From positions 1 through 33,033 of IMG/VR virus record IMGVR_UViG_3300048577_000431: a stretch of DNA of 33,033 nt; one strand, written 5' to 3'. The notes under the pieces were generated by a model. It had not been told where the DNA came from. It ran no database searches and saw only the letters and a list, made by a program, of their open reading frames with translations. The position numbers and the translations under genes are program-made. The DNA comes from a virus (Duplodnaviria > Caudoviricetes). Numbering within the stretch: position 1 is the stretch's first letter; each line of letters begins with the position of its first letter. Positions 16,544 through 26,433 of this stretch are shown here, piece by piece.

Positions 16544-17512
16544 ATGGGCAGAGAAAAAGGATTCGTCAGTCCGCTCCTGAGCAATCTCGCGAGCGATCAT
16601 TCGACCAAAGCGCGGGAGGGCCTCGTCGGCCCCATCATCTTCCCGCGCATCCCGGTGGGCAAGCCCTCCGGCAAGTACGCGACCTTCAGCGCGGAGACCG
16701 CCTTCAAGGTCCCCGATACCACCATGGCCGGGGAACGCGCCCGCGCGGCTGAGTTCGCCGCCGCTGGCGAGATGGTCTCCTTCGCGACCAGCGCCCACGG
16801 CCTGAAGAGCTTCATAGACGAGGCCGACCTGGAGTTCATGGACGGCCCGTTCAAGCTCTGGGAGCGCCGCAAGGTGGAACTCCTCACGGCTAAGTTGGAG
16901 TTGGCCCAGGAGAAACGAATCGCCGACACGATCCTCGCCCTCGTGGGTCGCTCGGCCACCCTTTCCGGGACCGGCACGGCCAAGACCAACAAGTGGGCCA
17001 ACGCTTCCGACACTCTCGGCGGCGACCCCTACGCGGCCATCGTCGACGCCATCGCCGCCCTGTTCTACAGGCCAAACCTGATGGTGATCCCCGAGGCCGT
17101 CTACGACGCCATCGAGTTCCACCCCCGGCTCATCAGCAAGCTCGGCGAGGCGAACCTCGTGAAGAAGGTGGACGAGGCCAACCTCTCCAAGCTCTTCCGG
17201 ATCGACCGCGTCGTCATCGCCAAGGGCAAGGCGGACTTCGGCAAGCGCAACAGCTCCAAGACCGTCACCCTCTCCGGGCTCTGGGGCAACAACGTGGTGC
17301 TCGCCTACGCCAGCGACGTGTGGGACGAGCCCTGCGCGGGAAAGACCGTTTCGGTCAACTACCCGCAGGCCGACAACAACGGCTTCGTAGTCCGCACCTG
17401 GGACGAGGAAGACGGCGGCGTGCTGGGCGGCGAGTACGTCCAGGTCGCGCACGACACGGCGGAGCTCGTGGTCGCCCCCGAGCTGATCTACAGCATCAAG
17501 GACGTGCTCTGA
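16544..17512 (+). CDS. Major capsid protein
   Basis: 322 aa; SPLLSNLA, IFPRIPV, RPNLMVI; AAGGAGG RBS; position in head module. Confidence 0.85.
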   Translation: MGREKGFVSPLLSNLASDHSTKAREGLVGPIIFPRIPVGKPSGKYATFSAETAFKVPDTTMAGERARAAEFAAAGEMVSFATSAHGLKSFIDEADLEFMDGPFKLWERRKVELLTAKLELAQEKRIADTILALVGRSATLSGTGTAKTNKWANASDTLGGDPYAAIVDAIAALFYRPNLMVIPEAVYDAIEFHPRLISKLGEANLVKKVDEANLSKLFRIDRVVIAKGKADFGKRNSSKTVTLSGLWGNNVVLAYASDVWDEPCAGKTVSVNYPQADNNGFVVRTWDEEDGGVLGGEYVQVAHDTAELVVAPELIYSIKDVL

Positions 17513-17560
17513 TCGCCTGAATAGGGCGAGGAAGAGCGGCGCAAGGAAAGGAGTCGAGCT

Positions 17561-17980
17561 ATGGCCTACTGCACCATCACCGATCTGCAATCCGCCTACG
17601 GCGAGGACAAGATCAGCGCCTGGAGCCGCATGGATCCCGACGCGGTGGACAGGGCCATAGCGGACGCCGGGGCCGAGATCGACGGGTATCTGCTTTCAGG
17701 CGGATACCCGGTCCCTCTCGAAGGCCCGCCCGCGAACGTCAAGAAGTATTGCATCGACATCGCCGCCGCCAACCTCATCGTGGGCGTCGGCGTCTTGAAA
17801 GACGATCCAGGCGGTACCGCCGTTGTCGAGCAGGCCAAGGCGGCCCGGCGCTACCTGGAGAAGGTGGCGGAGGGCAAATTCCGGATTCCCGGATACGCCC
17901 AGGAAGGTGAAACCTCGCGGCCCCCGTCGGGGAACGTGCAGGTGTCGTCCAGTCCTCGGCTTGATCTTCGGGGGTACTGA
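17561..17980 (+). CDS. Mu gp36-like head-tail connector (DUF1320)
   Basis: MAYCTITDL...AIADAGAEIDGYL..GYPVPL...CIDIA...YLEKVAEGK. Confidence 0.88.
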   Translation: MAYCTITDLQSAYGEDKISAWSRMDPDAVDRAIADAGAEIDGYLLSGGYPVPLEGPPANVKKYCIDIAAANLIVGVGVLKDDPGGTAVVEQAKAARRYLEKVAEGKFRIPGYAQEGETSRPPSGNVQVSSSPRLDLRGY

Positions 17981-18441
17981 TGGCCGGGGCGGGAATAGGG
18001 GTCCGGTTCGACGAGCGGGAGTTCCAGGCGATTCTGACTGCCCTCTCGCGCGCCGCCATGCCGGACCTGAAGGCCATCGCCGACTTCGCGGGCGGCGAGC
18101 TTGACTACATCGCCAAGCAGGCCTTCGAGAAAGAACAGGACCCCGTCACCGGGGCGGCGTGGAGGCAGCTGAAAAGGCCGCGCAAAGACGGGTCGACACG
18201 GCCCATCCTGAACGCGGGCGGGCAGCTCAAGCGCTCCCTGGTGTGGGAATCATTTCCGGACGGATCGGTGATCTACGGATCGAACATGATCTACGCCCGG
18301 ATTCATCTGAAGGGCGGCCGAGCGGGACGTGGCCAGAAGGTCATCATCCCCGCGCGGCCGTACATGGGAGTACCGGCGGACTTCGACCGCCGCATACTGA
18401 ACGACCCGGCGATCCAGGAACTGCTCGGGCTGGGAGGCTGA
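17980..18441 (+). CDS. Virion morphogenesis protein (Mu gpG-like)
   Basis: F..EQDP.TG..W..L, L...GQLKRS, YGSNMIYARIH..GG, IPARPYMG. Confidence 0.88.
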   Translation: MAGAGIGVRFDEREFQAILTALSRAAMPDLKAIADFAGGELDYIAKQAFEKEQDPVTGAAWRQLKRPRKDGSTRPILNAGGQLKRSLVWESFPDGSVIYGSNMIYARIHLKGGRAGRGQKVIIPARPYMGVPADFDRRILNDPAIQELLGLGG

Positions 18442-18442
18442 C

Positions 18443-18961
18443 ATGATTAAAGAGGCCAAGGACCTGCTCGCGGCGGTGGTCGCGTCCCGCGCTCCGGACG
18501 CCACGGTGGTCCGCTCGGCGAAGGAAGAGGCTCAGGCTGTCATGGCCCGCAAGTGGCCGCTGGTGTCGCTGATTACCAACCCCGGCGCCTTCGACGAATC
18601 GGAGGCGCGGACGGTCAAGTACTACGACGACGTGGCCAAGACCTGGAAGCAGCGCTACGTGCGCGGCAATCGGGTTCTGCCGGTTCTGGTGCGGTGCTGG
18701 GCCGAGGGAGAGGAAGCCGCCGACTCCCTGTTCAGCCGGATCATCCCGGCGATTCCCAGCCGGTGGGAGCATGACGACTTCGCGGGATCGATAGAGATCG
18801 CGGCGGAGGAGCATTCGGACCATACGGGCAACACGGCGAAGCTGTACCTATCCGTCGCCGAAGTGCGGTTCAGCATCCCGGCGGCCATGGAGCCGACCGT
18901 GGTGCCGACCATCGACGAGATAGACATCGCGCCCGGAGAGGTCGCGAGTCCCCAAGTCTAA
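18443..18961 (+). CDS. Putative tail terminator/completion protein
   Basis: Position between G and the sheath; GGAGG RBS. Confidence 0.55.
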   Translation: MIKEAKDLLAAVVASRAPDATVVRSAKEEAQAVMARKWPLVSLITNPGAFDESEARTVKYYDDVAKTWKQRYVRGNRVLPVLVRCWAEGEEAADSLFSRIIPAIPSRWEHDDFAGSIEIAAEEHSDHTGNTAKLYLSVAEVRFSIPAAMEPTVVPTIDEIDIAPGEVASPQV

Positions 18962-18970
18962 GGAGGGCTT

Positions 18971-19195
18971 ATGTCGAACGAAACCAAGGACGGCCAGGAA
19001 AAGGCCGCCGACACGAAGAAAGGGCCGGTGCTCCTTACGGTCGAGGAGCACTCCAAGCGGCAGAAGCTGACCGCCCCGATCTTCGCCGCCGTCATGCAGT
19101 CCAAGGGCTGGGCGAGCGGCAAGAAGGTCACGAAGAGCGAGTTTGAAGAGGCTATAAAGGCCTTTCTCGGTTCGCCCATGGGAGGTAGAAAGTAA
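18971..19195 (+). CDS. Small hypothetical protein preceding the sheath
   Basis: AAGGAGG RBS; TAATG coupling to the sheath gene. Confidence 0.65.
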   Translation: MSNETKDGQEKAADTKKGPVLLTVEEHSKRQKLTAPIFAAVMQSKGWASGKKVTKSEFEEAIKAFLGSPMGGRK

Positions 19196-20607
19196 TGTTA
19201 CCCGGCGTAAAGAACACCATTAAAGACGGCGCCATGGGCGTCCTCGGTGCCGATGCCACCGGCATCTTCGCCGCCGTCGGCGTCGCCGCCGTGCATGGCC
19301 AGGGCATCCTGACCTTCACCGATCCCGGCAAGGTCGACGAGGCGCTCGGCGACGGCCCCCTGCGGGACCTGATCGTCAGCGCCCTGTCCATCGCCAAGAC
19401 CACGGTCTTCGCCGTGGCCCTCGAAGGGTCCACCCCCGGCACGCTCTCGGCGGTCACGCCCGGATCCGGTAATACCGGAACCGGCTCCCTTACCGTATCG
19501 GGTGCCCCTCGGAACGAGTACGACGTTTCGGTGGAGATCGTTTCCGGCGGCGCCCTCAACGAAGCGACGTTCCGCGTCACCGTAGACGGCCTGGCCGGGA
19601 AGCGGATCACCGTCCCCGACACCCCGGCCACCTACGATATTCCGGGCACCGGCATCAAGCTGACGTTCGCCCTGACCTCCGGCCAGTTTGCCGAGGGAGA
19701 TACCTTCTCCTTCACGTCGACCGCCCCGGCGGCCACCAACGGCGAGGTGCTCGCGGCCATCGACACCATCCTCGCGGCGAAACTCGACATCGAGTGGATC
19801 GCCGTCGCCGGAATCTCCGACGCCGCCCTCTGGGCAGCGCTGGCGACCAAGGCCGAGGGTGCGACCGAAATATACCAGTACCTCTTCTTCGTCGCTCAGG
19901 CGCGGTACAAGACCAGCGCGGAAAGCGTCGATCAGTGGGTGACGGCCCTCGCGGGAACCGAGCGCGGTACCGTGGCCTCCACGCGCCTTCAGGTGTGCGC
20001 GGGCTGGATCGAGGAAGCCGACCCGAGCGGCCAGGTGGACGTGCGCGGGCTCATCGGAACCTACTGCGGAAAGCTCGCCGCGCGGAACGTGCATCAGGGG
20101 CCGGACGCCGTCCGGTACGGCGCCGTCACCGCCGCGACCGCACTCGCCCCGGCGGGGATCAACGACGGCCACATCGAGACCCTCAAGAACGCCGGGTACG
20201 TGACCGCGCGGACCATCATCGGACTGACCGGGATCTACGTGACCTCCGGCGAGATGATGAGCGAGGAAGGCAGCGACTTCGACCTGGTCGAGCGCCGCCG
20301 GGTCATGGACAAGGCCTGCCGCCAGGTGCGCGCCGCCCAGCTCGTCTGGGTGAACGACGCGGTCAAGGTCGGCGCCGACGGCTCCCCCGAGGGCATCGAG
20401 ATGCTCGTGGCCCAGAGCGAGAGCCCGCTCAAAACCATGATCACGAACGGGGAAATCTCCTCGGGCGAAGTGGTGGTTCCGGACGGCCAGAACATCCTGT
20501 CCACCAAGAAGATCAACACCAAGGTGCGCATCGTGCCGCTCGGCAAGGTCGCGTACATCGAGAACGAGATCGCGTTCTCCAACCCCGCTCTGGGAGGTGA
20601 GGCATGA
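19195..20607 (+). CDS. Tail sheath protein (DUF2586-like)
   Basis: MLPGVKNTIKDG, GPLRD, SDFDLVERRRVMDKACR; 470 aa; precedes the tube gene. Confidence 0.85.
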   Translation: MLPGVKNTIKDGAMGVLGADATGIFAAVGVAAVHGQGILTFTDPGKVDEALGDGPLRDLIVSALSIAKTTVFAVALEGSTPGTLSAVTPGSGNTGTGSLTVSGAPRNEYDVSVEIVSGGALNEATFRVTVDGLAGKRITVPDTPATYDIPGTGIKLTFALTSGQFAEGDTFSFTSTAPAATNGEVLAAIDTILAAKLDIEWIAVAGISDAALWAALATKAEGATEIYQYLFFVAQARYKTSAESVDQWVTALAGTERGTVASTRLQVCAGWIEEADPSGQVDVRGLIGTYCGKLAARNVHQGPDAVRYGAVTAATALAPAGINDGHIETLKNAGYVTARTIIGLTGIYVTSGEMMSEEGSDFDLVERRRVMDKACRQVRAAQLVWVNDAVKVGADGSPEGIEMLVAQSESPLKTMITNGEISSGEVVVPDGQNILSTKKINTKVRIVPLGKVAYIENEIAFSNPALGGEA

Positions 20608-21038
20608 TAAACGGAAACGTCTACGACTTCGAGTCGATCAAGGTCCAGCTGCCGACCGGCATGGTGGTGATGCTCGAAAGCATCTCCTACAAGGACAAGA
20701 AGGACGACGAGGTCATCACGGGAGTGCACAACCTCCCGGTGGGCATCGGCCGGGGCGAGTACTCCGGCGAGTGCGAGATCGAGGCGTCCCGCCACGAGTT
20801 CGACAAGCTGGACGCCTACGCCGCCGCGACCGGCGGGTTCTACAACATGGGACCCATCCCGGTCATCGCGAGCTACGGGCACCTGGGCCAGCCCATCATC
20901 ACGGACTCGCTCGTCGTCCATTTCACCGAGCGCGACTTCTCCGCCTCCAAGGGCGACAAGAACCTCAATGTCTCGCTGAAGGGCTCCCTCGCGGCTCCGA
21001 TCATCACCAACGGCCGCCCGGCCTACGTCGAAGCGTAA
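20604..21038 (+). CDS. Tail tube protein
   Basis: INGNVYDFESI...ISYKD...PVGIGRGEY; follows the sheath. Confidence 0.8.
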   Translation: MINGNVYDFESIKVQLPTGMVVMLESISYKDKKDDEVITGVHNLPVGIGRGEYSGECEIEASRHEFDKLDAYAAATGGFYNMGPIPVIASYGHLGQPIITDSLVVHFTERDFSASKGDKNLNVSLKGSLAAPIITNGRPAYVEA

Positions 21039-21059
21039 TCGGGCAAAAAGGAGAATTGC

Positions 21060-21401
21060 ATGAAGATTGAGAAAGAACAGCTTGAGCAGCTGAAGAAGGA
21101 CCACCCCGCAGGCATCTACGAGGGCTCGGTCTCCTTCAACGACGAGGCCGACACCCTCCACGAGGTGGAGTTCCTTTACCGGAAGCCGACCACGGCCGAC
21201 ATAGAGTCCCACTCCAAGGCGGCCCAGCGGAATCCGCTGGTGGCGAACCTGAACATCCTGCAGTCCCTGATCGTCTACCCCGAGTCCGGGCCGATCATCG
21301 ACAAGGTGCGGGACTATCCGGCCGCCTATGGCCGCTTCGTGGATGAAGCGATCAGCCCTTTCTTCGGGGCCAACGTTACGGTCAAGAGCCGGAAGCTGTA
21401 A
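21060..21401 (+). CDS. Tail assembly chaperone (G-like)
   Basis: Between tube and tape measure; FLYRKPT motif; slippery heptamer near the 3' end. Confidence 0.75.
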   Translation: MKIEKEQLEQLKKDHPAGIYEGSVSFNDEADTLHEVEFLYRKPTTADIESHSKAAQRNPLVANLNILQSLIVYPESGPIIDKVRDYPAAYGRFVDEAISPFFGANVTVKSRKL

Positions 21402-21574
21402 GCGGCGTCACCCGGATCCGCCTGTTCATCAGGCGGTTCCTGGGTGATGACGTTTCAGGGGTCGACCTCGACGGGCTGATGGGCAAGTACGAGGAGGCCA
21501 GGGTCATGCGGGAGTTCGAGGTAGGCGTCATGCATGACGCCATCGTCAAGGCGTTTGGGGGCGGGAAGCGGTGA
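21356..21574 (+). CDS. -1 frameshift extension of the tail chaperone (GT-like product)
   Basis: C CCT TTC at 21356-21362; the -1 frame stays open for 72 codons to TGA 21572-21574, overlapping the tape-measure GTG. Confidence 0.65.
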   Translation, partial: PFLRGQRYGQEPEAVSGVTRIRLFIRRFLGDDVSGVDLDGLMGKYEEARVMREFEVGVMHDAIVKAFGGGKR

Positions 21575-23943
21575 ATTTCACCAGTTCGATCACACTGATG
21601 TTCAAGGATGCGTTCTCCTCCGGATTCACGCAGGCAAAGAATAGCTTTGCCGGGATGAAGGACGCCCTTGGCGAGATCAACCAGAACCAGGAAATGAACC
21701 GCATGGCCGCCGACCTCTCGATGATGACGTCCATGACCGAGCCGATGCGCCAGGCGCTCTCCGGAGCCCTGGACGAACCGTCCAGGATCGCGGCGACCCT
21801 GGATTCATCGCTCAAGAACATCCAGGCCGTCACCGGCAACACCGCCCAGGAGATGGCAGGGCTCCGCCAGGAGCTGCTCGCCGTCGGCGGCAAGGCAATC
21901 GCCGGGCCGGAAGCGGTCACCGCCGCGTACTACGACGTGGCGGGCGGTGTCGCTGACGTTTCCGCCCGCATGGCTACCCTGAAAGCCTCCGTAGCGTTGG
22001 CCGAAGCGGGACAAGCGGATCTCGGATCCGCGACGAACGGCCTTATCAAGGTAATGAACGCCTACGGCTTCTCGGCCGATCAGGCTGATTTCGCGGCCGA
22101 CGTGTTCACCCAGACCGTCGGCAAGGGCGTCGGCTCGATGGACGAGTTCGTCGCCGCCATGAGCCCTATAGCGGGCCTCACGGCATCGGTGGGCGTCGGC
22201 TTCGATGAGGTCGGCTCGGCGATGGCGTTCATGACCAGCAAGGGACAGACGGCGGGCGTCGCCGGGAATCAGCTGAAGGCGGCGATTACGTCGCTGCTCA
22301 ATCCGAACGAAACCCTGAACAAGCTCCTTCAGTCCATGGGGATCGCCTCCGGCTCGGCCATGCTCAAGCAGTACGGCCTGGCCGAATCGCTCAACATGAT
22401 CCAGTCTGCGGCGGGGGGCAGCCAGGACGCCATGGCCAAGGCCCTCGGGTCCACCGAGGCACTGCAGGGCGCCATCGCCCTGACGCAGGATTCCTTCAAC
22501 AGCTTCGCTACGGATTTCGGCGACGGCGTCGACGGCATCACCGCCAAGGCGCGGGCTGTTCAGCTCGAATCCATCGAAGCGAAGATGAAGCGCCTTGAGG
22601 CCGCTTCCAGCTCTCTACAAGCGCAAATCGGCGGGGACGTGAACGAGATCAAGGGCTTCTTCATGGACGTGAAGATAGGCTTCCTTGAGAACTTCGCGGC
22701 GCCGCTCATGAATAGTCCGGTCGGCCCGGCAATGTCCAAGATCACCGCCTACGTCGGCATGGGCGCAAAGGCTGTGCTCGATATGGGCTCCGGCGCCCTC
22801 AATACCGCCGCCCAGCTTTCGGTGCTCACCGCGAACATCCAGAACGCGGGCGGCATCGCGAAGCTCTTCAAGGGTACGCTCGGTCTGCTCGGGGCGCCGT
22901 TCAAGTCGGTGATCTCCCTCGCGGGCGGATTCGTCACCAAGCTCTTCGGCATCGGCGCGTCCTCGGCGACGGCCGCAGGCGGAACGGGCGCCTTCGGAGC
23001 GGCCAGCGCCGGAGCTTCCGGCGGCATCGGCGTCGCGACCGGAGCGACCACCGCCTTCGGCGCGAGCATGTGGGCGGCCGTCCTGCCGGTCCTTGCCGTC
23101 GTTGCGGCCATCGCCCTGGTGGCGGGCGGCGTGTACCTCCTCGTAAAGAACTGGGACGCGGTTTCCGGGTTCTTCGTCGGGCTGTGGGAGGGCGTCAAGG
23201 GGATATTCTCGGCCGCGTGGGATTGGCTTGTGAACCTATTCCGGAGCGGGGTCGAATGGATCAAGGGCGTCATCTTCGGCGCGTCCGACTGGATCCTTGC
23301 GGCGGTCGCCTTGTTCCTGCCGTTCATCGGGATCCCGGCGCTCGTGATAAAGCACTGGGACGGCATCAAGACCTTCTTCGTCGAACTATGGGGCAACGTG
23401 AAGACCTCCTTCACGAACTTCCTCTCCTGGATCGGCGGCGCCGTCGAGGCGTTCATAGCCCCGTTCAAGAAGATCGCGGGCGGCATATCCGACTTCTTCG
23501 GGAAGCTCTTCGGAGAGGCGAAGGACTCGGGGGCGAAGCTCACCGATACCTTCGCGCAGGGAATCCAGGGCAACGCGGGCGCGCCGTCCGCCGCCTTCGG
23601 CTCTTCCCTGCAGGGGATCGGTTCCCAGATGCCGCACTCCGATGCCGACGAAGGGCCGCTTTCGCGCCTCTCCGAGTCCGGCCGCGCCCTGACCGACACC
23701 TTCGCCGCTGGAATGGATCCGGCGACGCTGGAGCAGCGGGCGACGCTCGCATTCCAGGCGGCCGCGCCCGGCGGGGAGATTTCCCTGGGCGCAGCGAACG
23801 CGGAGTCGGCCGGTGCGGCCGCAGGTCCGCAGACGTTCCATATCGAGAATCTCTACTTGCAGGCCGATGACTGCCGGACCTTGCTCGACTTCCTGCGCCA
23901 GATCCAGCACGCGGTCTATAGGCCCGAGGAGGTCCCCGTATGA
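21571..23943 (+). CDS. Tail tape measure protein (TP901-type core)
   Basis: 790 aa, Ala/Gly-rich; ALAEAGQADL, AADVFTQTVGKG, KNWD/KHWD Trp repeats, PHSDADEGPLS. Confidence 0.92.
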   Translation: MNFTSSITLMFKDAFSSGFTQAKNSFAGMKDALGEINQNQEMNRMAADLSMMTSMTEPMRQALSGALDEPSRIAATLDSSLKNIQAVTGNTAQEMAGLRQELLAVGGKAIAGPEAVTAAYYDVAGGVADVSARMATLKASVALAEAGQADLGSATNGLIKVMNAYGFSADQADFAADVFTQTVGKGVGSMDEFVAAMSPIAGLTASVGVGFDEVGSAMAFMTSKGQTAGVAGNQLKAAITSLLNPNETLNKLLQSMGIASGSAMLKQYGLAESLNMIQSAAGGSQDAMAKALGSTEALQGAIALTQDSFNSFATDFGDGVDGITAKARAVQLESIEAKMKRLEAASSSLQAQIGGDVNEIKGFFMDVKIGFLENFAAPLMNSPVGPAMSKITAYVGMGAKAVLDMGSGALNTAAQLSVLTANIQNAGGIAKLFKGTLGLLGAPFKSVISLAGGFVTKLFGIGASSATAAGGTGAFGAASAGASGGIGVATGATTAFGASMWAAVLPVLAVVAAIALVAGGVYLLVKNWDAVSGFFVGLWEGVKGIFSAAWDWLVNLFRSGVEWIKGVIFGASDWILAAVALFLPFIGIPALVIKHWDGIKTFFVELWGNVKTSFTNFLSWIGGAVEAFIAPFKKIAGGISDFFGKLFGEAKDSGAKLTDTFAQGIQGNAGAPSAAFGSSLQGIGSQMPHSDADEGPLSRLSESGRALTDTFAAGMDPATLEQRATLAFQAAAPGGEISLGAANAESAGAAAGPQTFHIENLYLQADDCRTLLDFLRQIQHAVYRPEEVPV

Positions 23944-24503
23944 TGCTTTCCGTCGACTCCACGCAGGGCATCATCAAGGTCGGCTCTCCGCCCAAGAAGA
24001 TGCCGGGCATCCTGGAATCCATCGAGGTCGGCGGATCGCTGATTGTCGAGAACGCCCAGATGCAAGGCCAGTCGGGAACCACGCGGACGGTGCACGGCTG
24101 GAACGATTCCGACGTGTCGATCACGATTTCCTTGATCGACGACACCGCTAGGAAGAAAACCCGCTTTGACCTTCTCGCGGAGATCGTGGCGGTCTTCAAG
24201 ACCGTGTCCAGTTCGGGAAGCCCCGAGGTGTTCACCTTGAGCCATCCGATGACGACCGCGTGGGGCATCAAGAAGCTCCTCTTTTCCGACCTCAAGACCT
24301 CCGAGTCGCGGGGCCGGAAGAAGATTTCAGTGAAGCTGGAGTTCAAGGAACACGAGATCACTGTGGGCGTGAGCCAGGAGCGGCAAGACGCGGCCGCGCG
24401 AGCTACCACGCAGACCAGCGCGGCCAGCAAGGAAGCCGTCGCCGTGCCGGATAGCGCCGCCCGACGGCTGGCGCAGAAGGAGAAGCAGCTTGGCTACATC
24501 TGA
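23940..24503 (+). CDS. Tail/baseplate initiator-like protein
   Basis: ATGA-coupled directly after the tape measure gene; call from synteny. Confidence 0.55.
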   Translation: MMLSVDSTQGIIKVGSPPKKMPGILESIEVGGSLIVENAQMQGQSGTTRTVHGWNDSDVSITISLIDDTARKKTRFDLLAEIVAVFKTVSSSGSPEVFTLSHPMTTAWGIKKLLFSDLKTSESRGRKKISVKLEFKEHEITVGVSQERQDAAARATTQTSAASKEAVAVPDSAARRLAQKEKQLGYI

Positions 24504-25245
24504 CCGCCTGCAGCACCCTATCCTCGAAGTCTCCATCGGCGGTTCAGTCGTGACCAGGCGCCCTGCGGCGTTCGAGCTAATCACCGACCAGGGCTTCCCG
24601 TCCGTCATGGCGCGGCTCGCGTACCCGGTCCAGGCCGCCGCCGGGGCGAAGGGCGACAAGATCGCCGTGTCGCTCTCTTCGGGCGGAGCGAAGTCTGTCC
24701 TCTTCACCGGCGAGGTGTTTGACGCCAAGGAGCGCGGAGCGCTGCGCGAGCTGGCGCTGACGGATGGATACAAGAAGCTCTGGGACACGGCGGTCACGCC
24801 CGCCTACCGCAAGGAGATGGCCGCGATGATCCTGCAGGACGCCCTGGACGCGGCCGGGGTCGAGTCCAGGGCGATCACCTGCCCGTCCGTTGAGCTTGCC
24901 CGCTTCTCGTCGGCCAGCCTTCCGGCAAGCTCGTGCCTCTCCCTGCTCGTCAAGGCGCTGGAGGATCACGGGCATTTCGGGCTCCGGTTCTTCTTCGACG
25001 CGAAGAACGTCTTCCGGTTCGGCACGCTCGACGACACCGGGATCAACGAGGGCGCGGCGGTTGCGCTGGAGTCCGGGAAGAACATCATCCGGAGAGGCCC
25101 CGGATGGGTGGAGGTGCTGCCGATGGCGGTACGCCACTCCCAGGCGGTAACGGTGGACGGCGTTCGGGTCGTTCCAGTCCGCACTGCCCTGGCGGTCTCG
25201 CGCCAAGGGTCGCGTCTCACGCTTTGGATCAAGGAGGCCGCATAG
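24490..25245 (+). CDS. Baseplate hub protein (Mu gp44/P2 D-like)
   Basis: LFTGEV motif and synteny. Confidence 0.6.
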   Translation: MATSDRLQHPILEVSIGGSVVTRRPAAFELITDQGFPSVMARLAYPVQAAAGAKGDKIAVSLSSGGAKSVLFTGEVFDAKERGALRELALTDGYKKLWDTAVTPAYRKEMAAMILQDALDAAGVESRAITCPSVELARFSSASLPASSCLSLLVKALEDHGHFGLRFFFDAKNVFRFGTLDDTGINEGAAVALESGKNIIRRGPGWVEVLPMAVRHSQAVTVDGVRVVPVRTALAVSRQGSRLTLWIKEAA

Positions 25246-25815
25246 ATGGACTCCGGAGCCGAGCTGATGAAAAACCTCCTGGACGCGCTCCTTCCGAACC
25301 GGGCGGCCCCGGTGCTCGCTCGCGTCGTCAAGGCCCATGAGGGGCCGGGGAAGACCGCCTACTCCGTGGACGTTCGGGTCGTCACGGCCGGAACGCTCGA
25401 AGAGACTGACCAGGTCATCGCCGAGGTGCCGATCTCTCCGATATGGTCCGGGAAAAGCGGAAAAGGCCTCTACGCCATCCCGCCCGAAGACGCGCTCGTG
25501 ATCGTTGAGTTCATCGGCTGGAACCCAGCCTATCCCTACGTTTCGGGCGTGTGGTCCGACGAGTACCAGGCCGGGGAGTTTTCAAAGGGTCAGCTGGTCA
25601 TCACCGACGGCGAGGGTTTGAAGCTCGGCGTCGATGTTGACTCGCTGTTCATGTTCGAGACCAAGAGCCAGAGCCTGAAGGCGATCCTAGAGAAGCTGAT
25701 CGACGAGATCACGGGTATGCAGACGATGGGTCCGCCACCGAAGCACAAGGTTTCGCCGGACTCGGTGGCCAAGATTCTGGCCATCAAGCAGGACCTCGCG
25801 GGCCTGTTGAAGTGA
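25246..25815 (+). CDS. Baseplate spike protein (gpV/gp45-like)
   Basis: OB-fold-like ARVVK...VP...GLYAIPPEDALVIVEF..W.P.YPYV. Confidence 0.7.
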   Translation: MDSGAELMKNLLDALLPNRAAPVLARVVKAHEGPGKTAYSVDVRVVTAGTLEETDQVIAEVPISPIWSGKSGKGLYAIPPEDALVIVEFIGWNPAYPYVSGVWSDEYQAGEFSKGQLVITDGEGLKLGVDVDSLFMFETKSQSLKAILEKLIDEITGMQTMGPPPKHKVSPDSVAKILAIKQDLAGLLK

Positions 25816-25822
25816 GGTTTTT

Positions 25823-26059
25823 ATGATGGATGCGATGGTCTTAAAAGGCGAGTTAAAGCCCGCCCTAATCGCCTTCTGGGAGACGACCGACCAGGGCGAC
25901 GCGGGAATGTCCATAGAAGAGTACGCCGACAAGTTCTCCCAGATCATCGCGGAGAAAGTGGTGGCGCATATCACCGCCAACGCCTTGGTGTCCACGACCG
26001 TGACGGGTACCGCAGGGCCGTATCCCGTGGCGGGCGCCGGTACGGGGAGCGTGAGCTGA
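25823..26059 (+). CDS. Small baseplate-region protein, possibly spike tip
   Basis: GAGG RBS; TGATG coupling to the next gene. Confidence 0.55.
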   Translation: MMDAMVLKGELKPALIAFWETTDQGDAGMSIEEYADKFSQIIAEKVVAHITANALVSTTVTGTAGPYPVAGAGTGSVS

Positions 26060-26430
26060 TGGACTACGGAACCGACCTGCTCTTGACGGATGACGATATC
26101 GGCTTCACGGCAGACGGCGATGTGGAAACCGTTTCCGGCCCGGCCTGCATAGCCCAGGATATCGATCAGGAACTGAAGATCACCCCCGGCGCCTTGCCGT
26201 GGGACAAGGAAGCCGGGAGCACGGTCTTGCTCATGCTGAACGACGCGGAGAGCGACCCCGCGTCCGTTATGGCGGAGCTGGAGCGGGTAGCGATAGCCGA
26301 TCCGAGGGTGGACCCGGCGACCGTGAAGGCGAGCGAGCTTTCCGGCGCCGCGAAGTACCGCCTGGAGTTCACGCCGGTGGCGGCGGTCGAGCCGGAGACG
26401 CTCGACTTCGATCTGGCGAAGGGAGACTAG
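26059..26430 (+). CDS. Baseplate wedge protein (gp25/W/gp46-like)
   Basis: GTDLLL...GDVETVSG..CIAQDI...G.LPWD..AGS...DPRVD. Confidence 0.75.
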   Translation: MDYGTDLLLTDDDIGFTADGDVETVSGPACIAQDIDQELKITPGALPWDKEAGSTVLLMLNDAESDPASVMAELERVAIADPRVDPATVKASELSGAAKYRLEFTPVAAVEPETLDFDLAKGD

Positions 26431-26433
26431 CCT

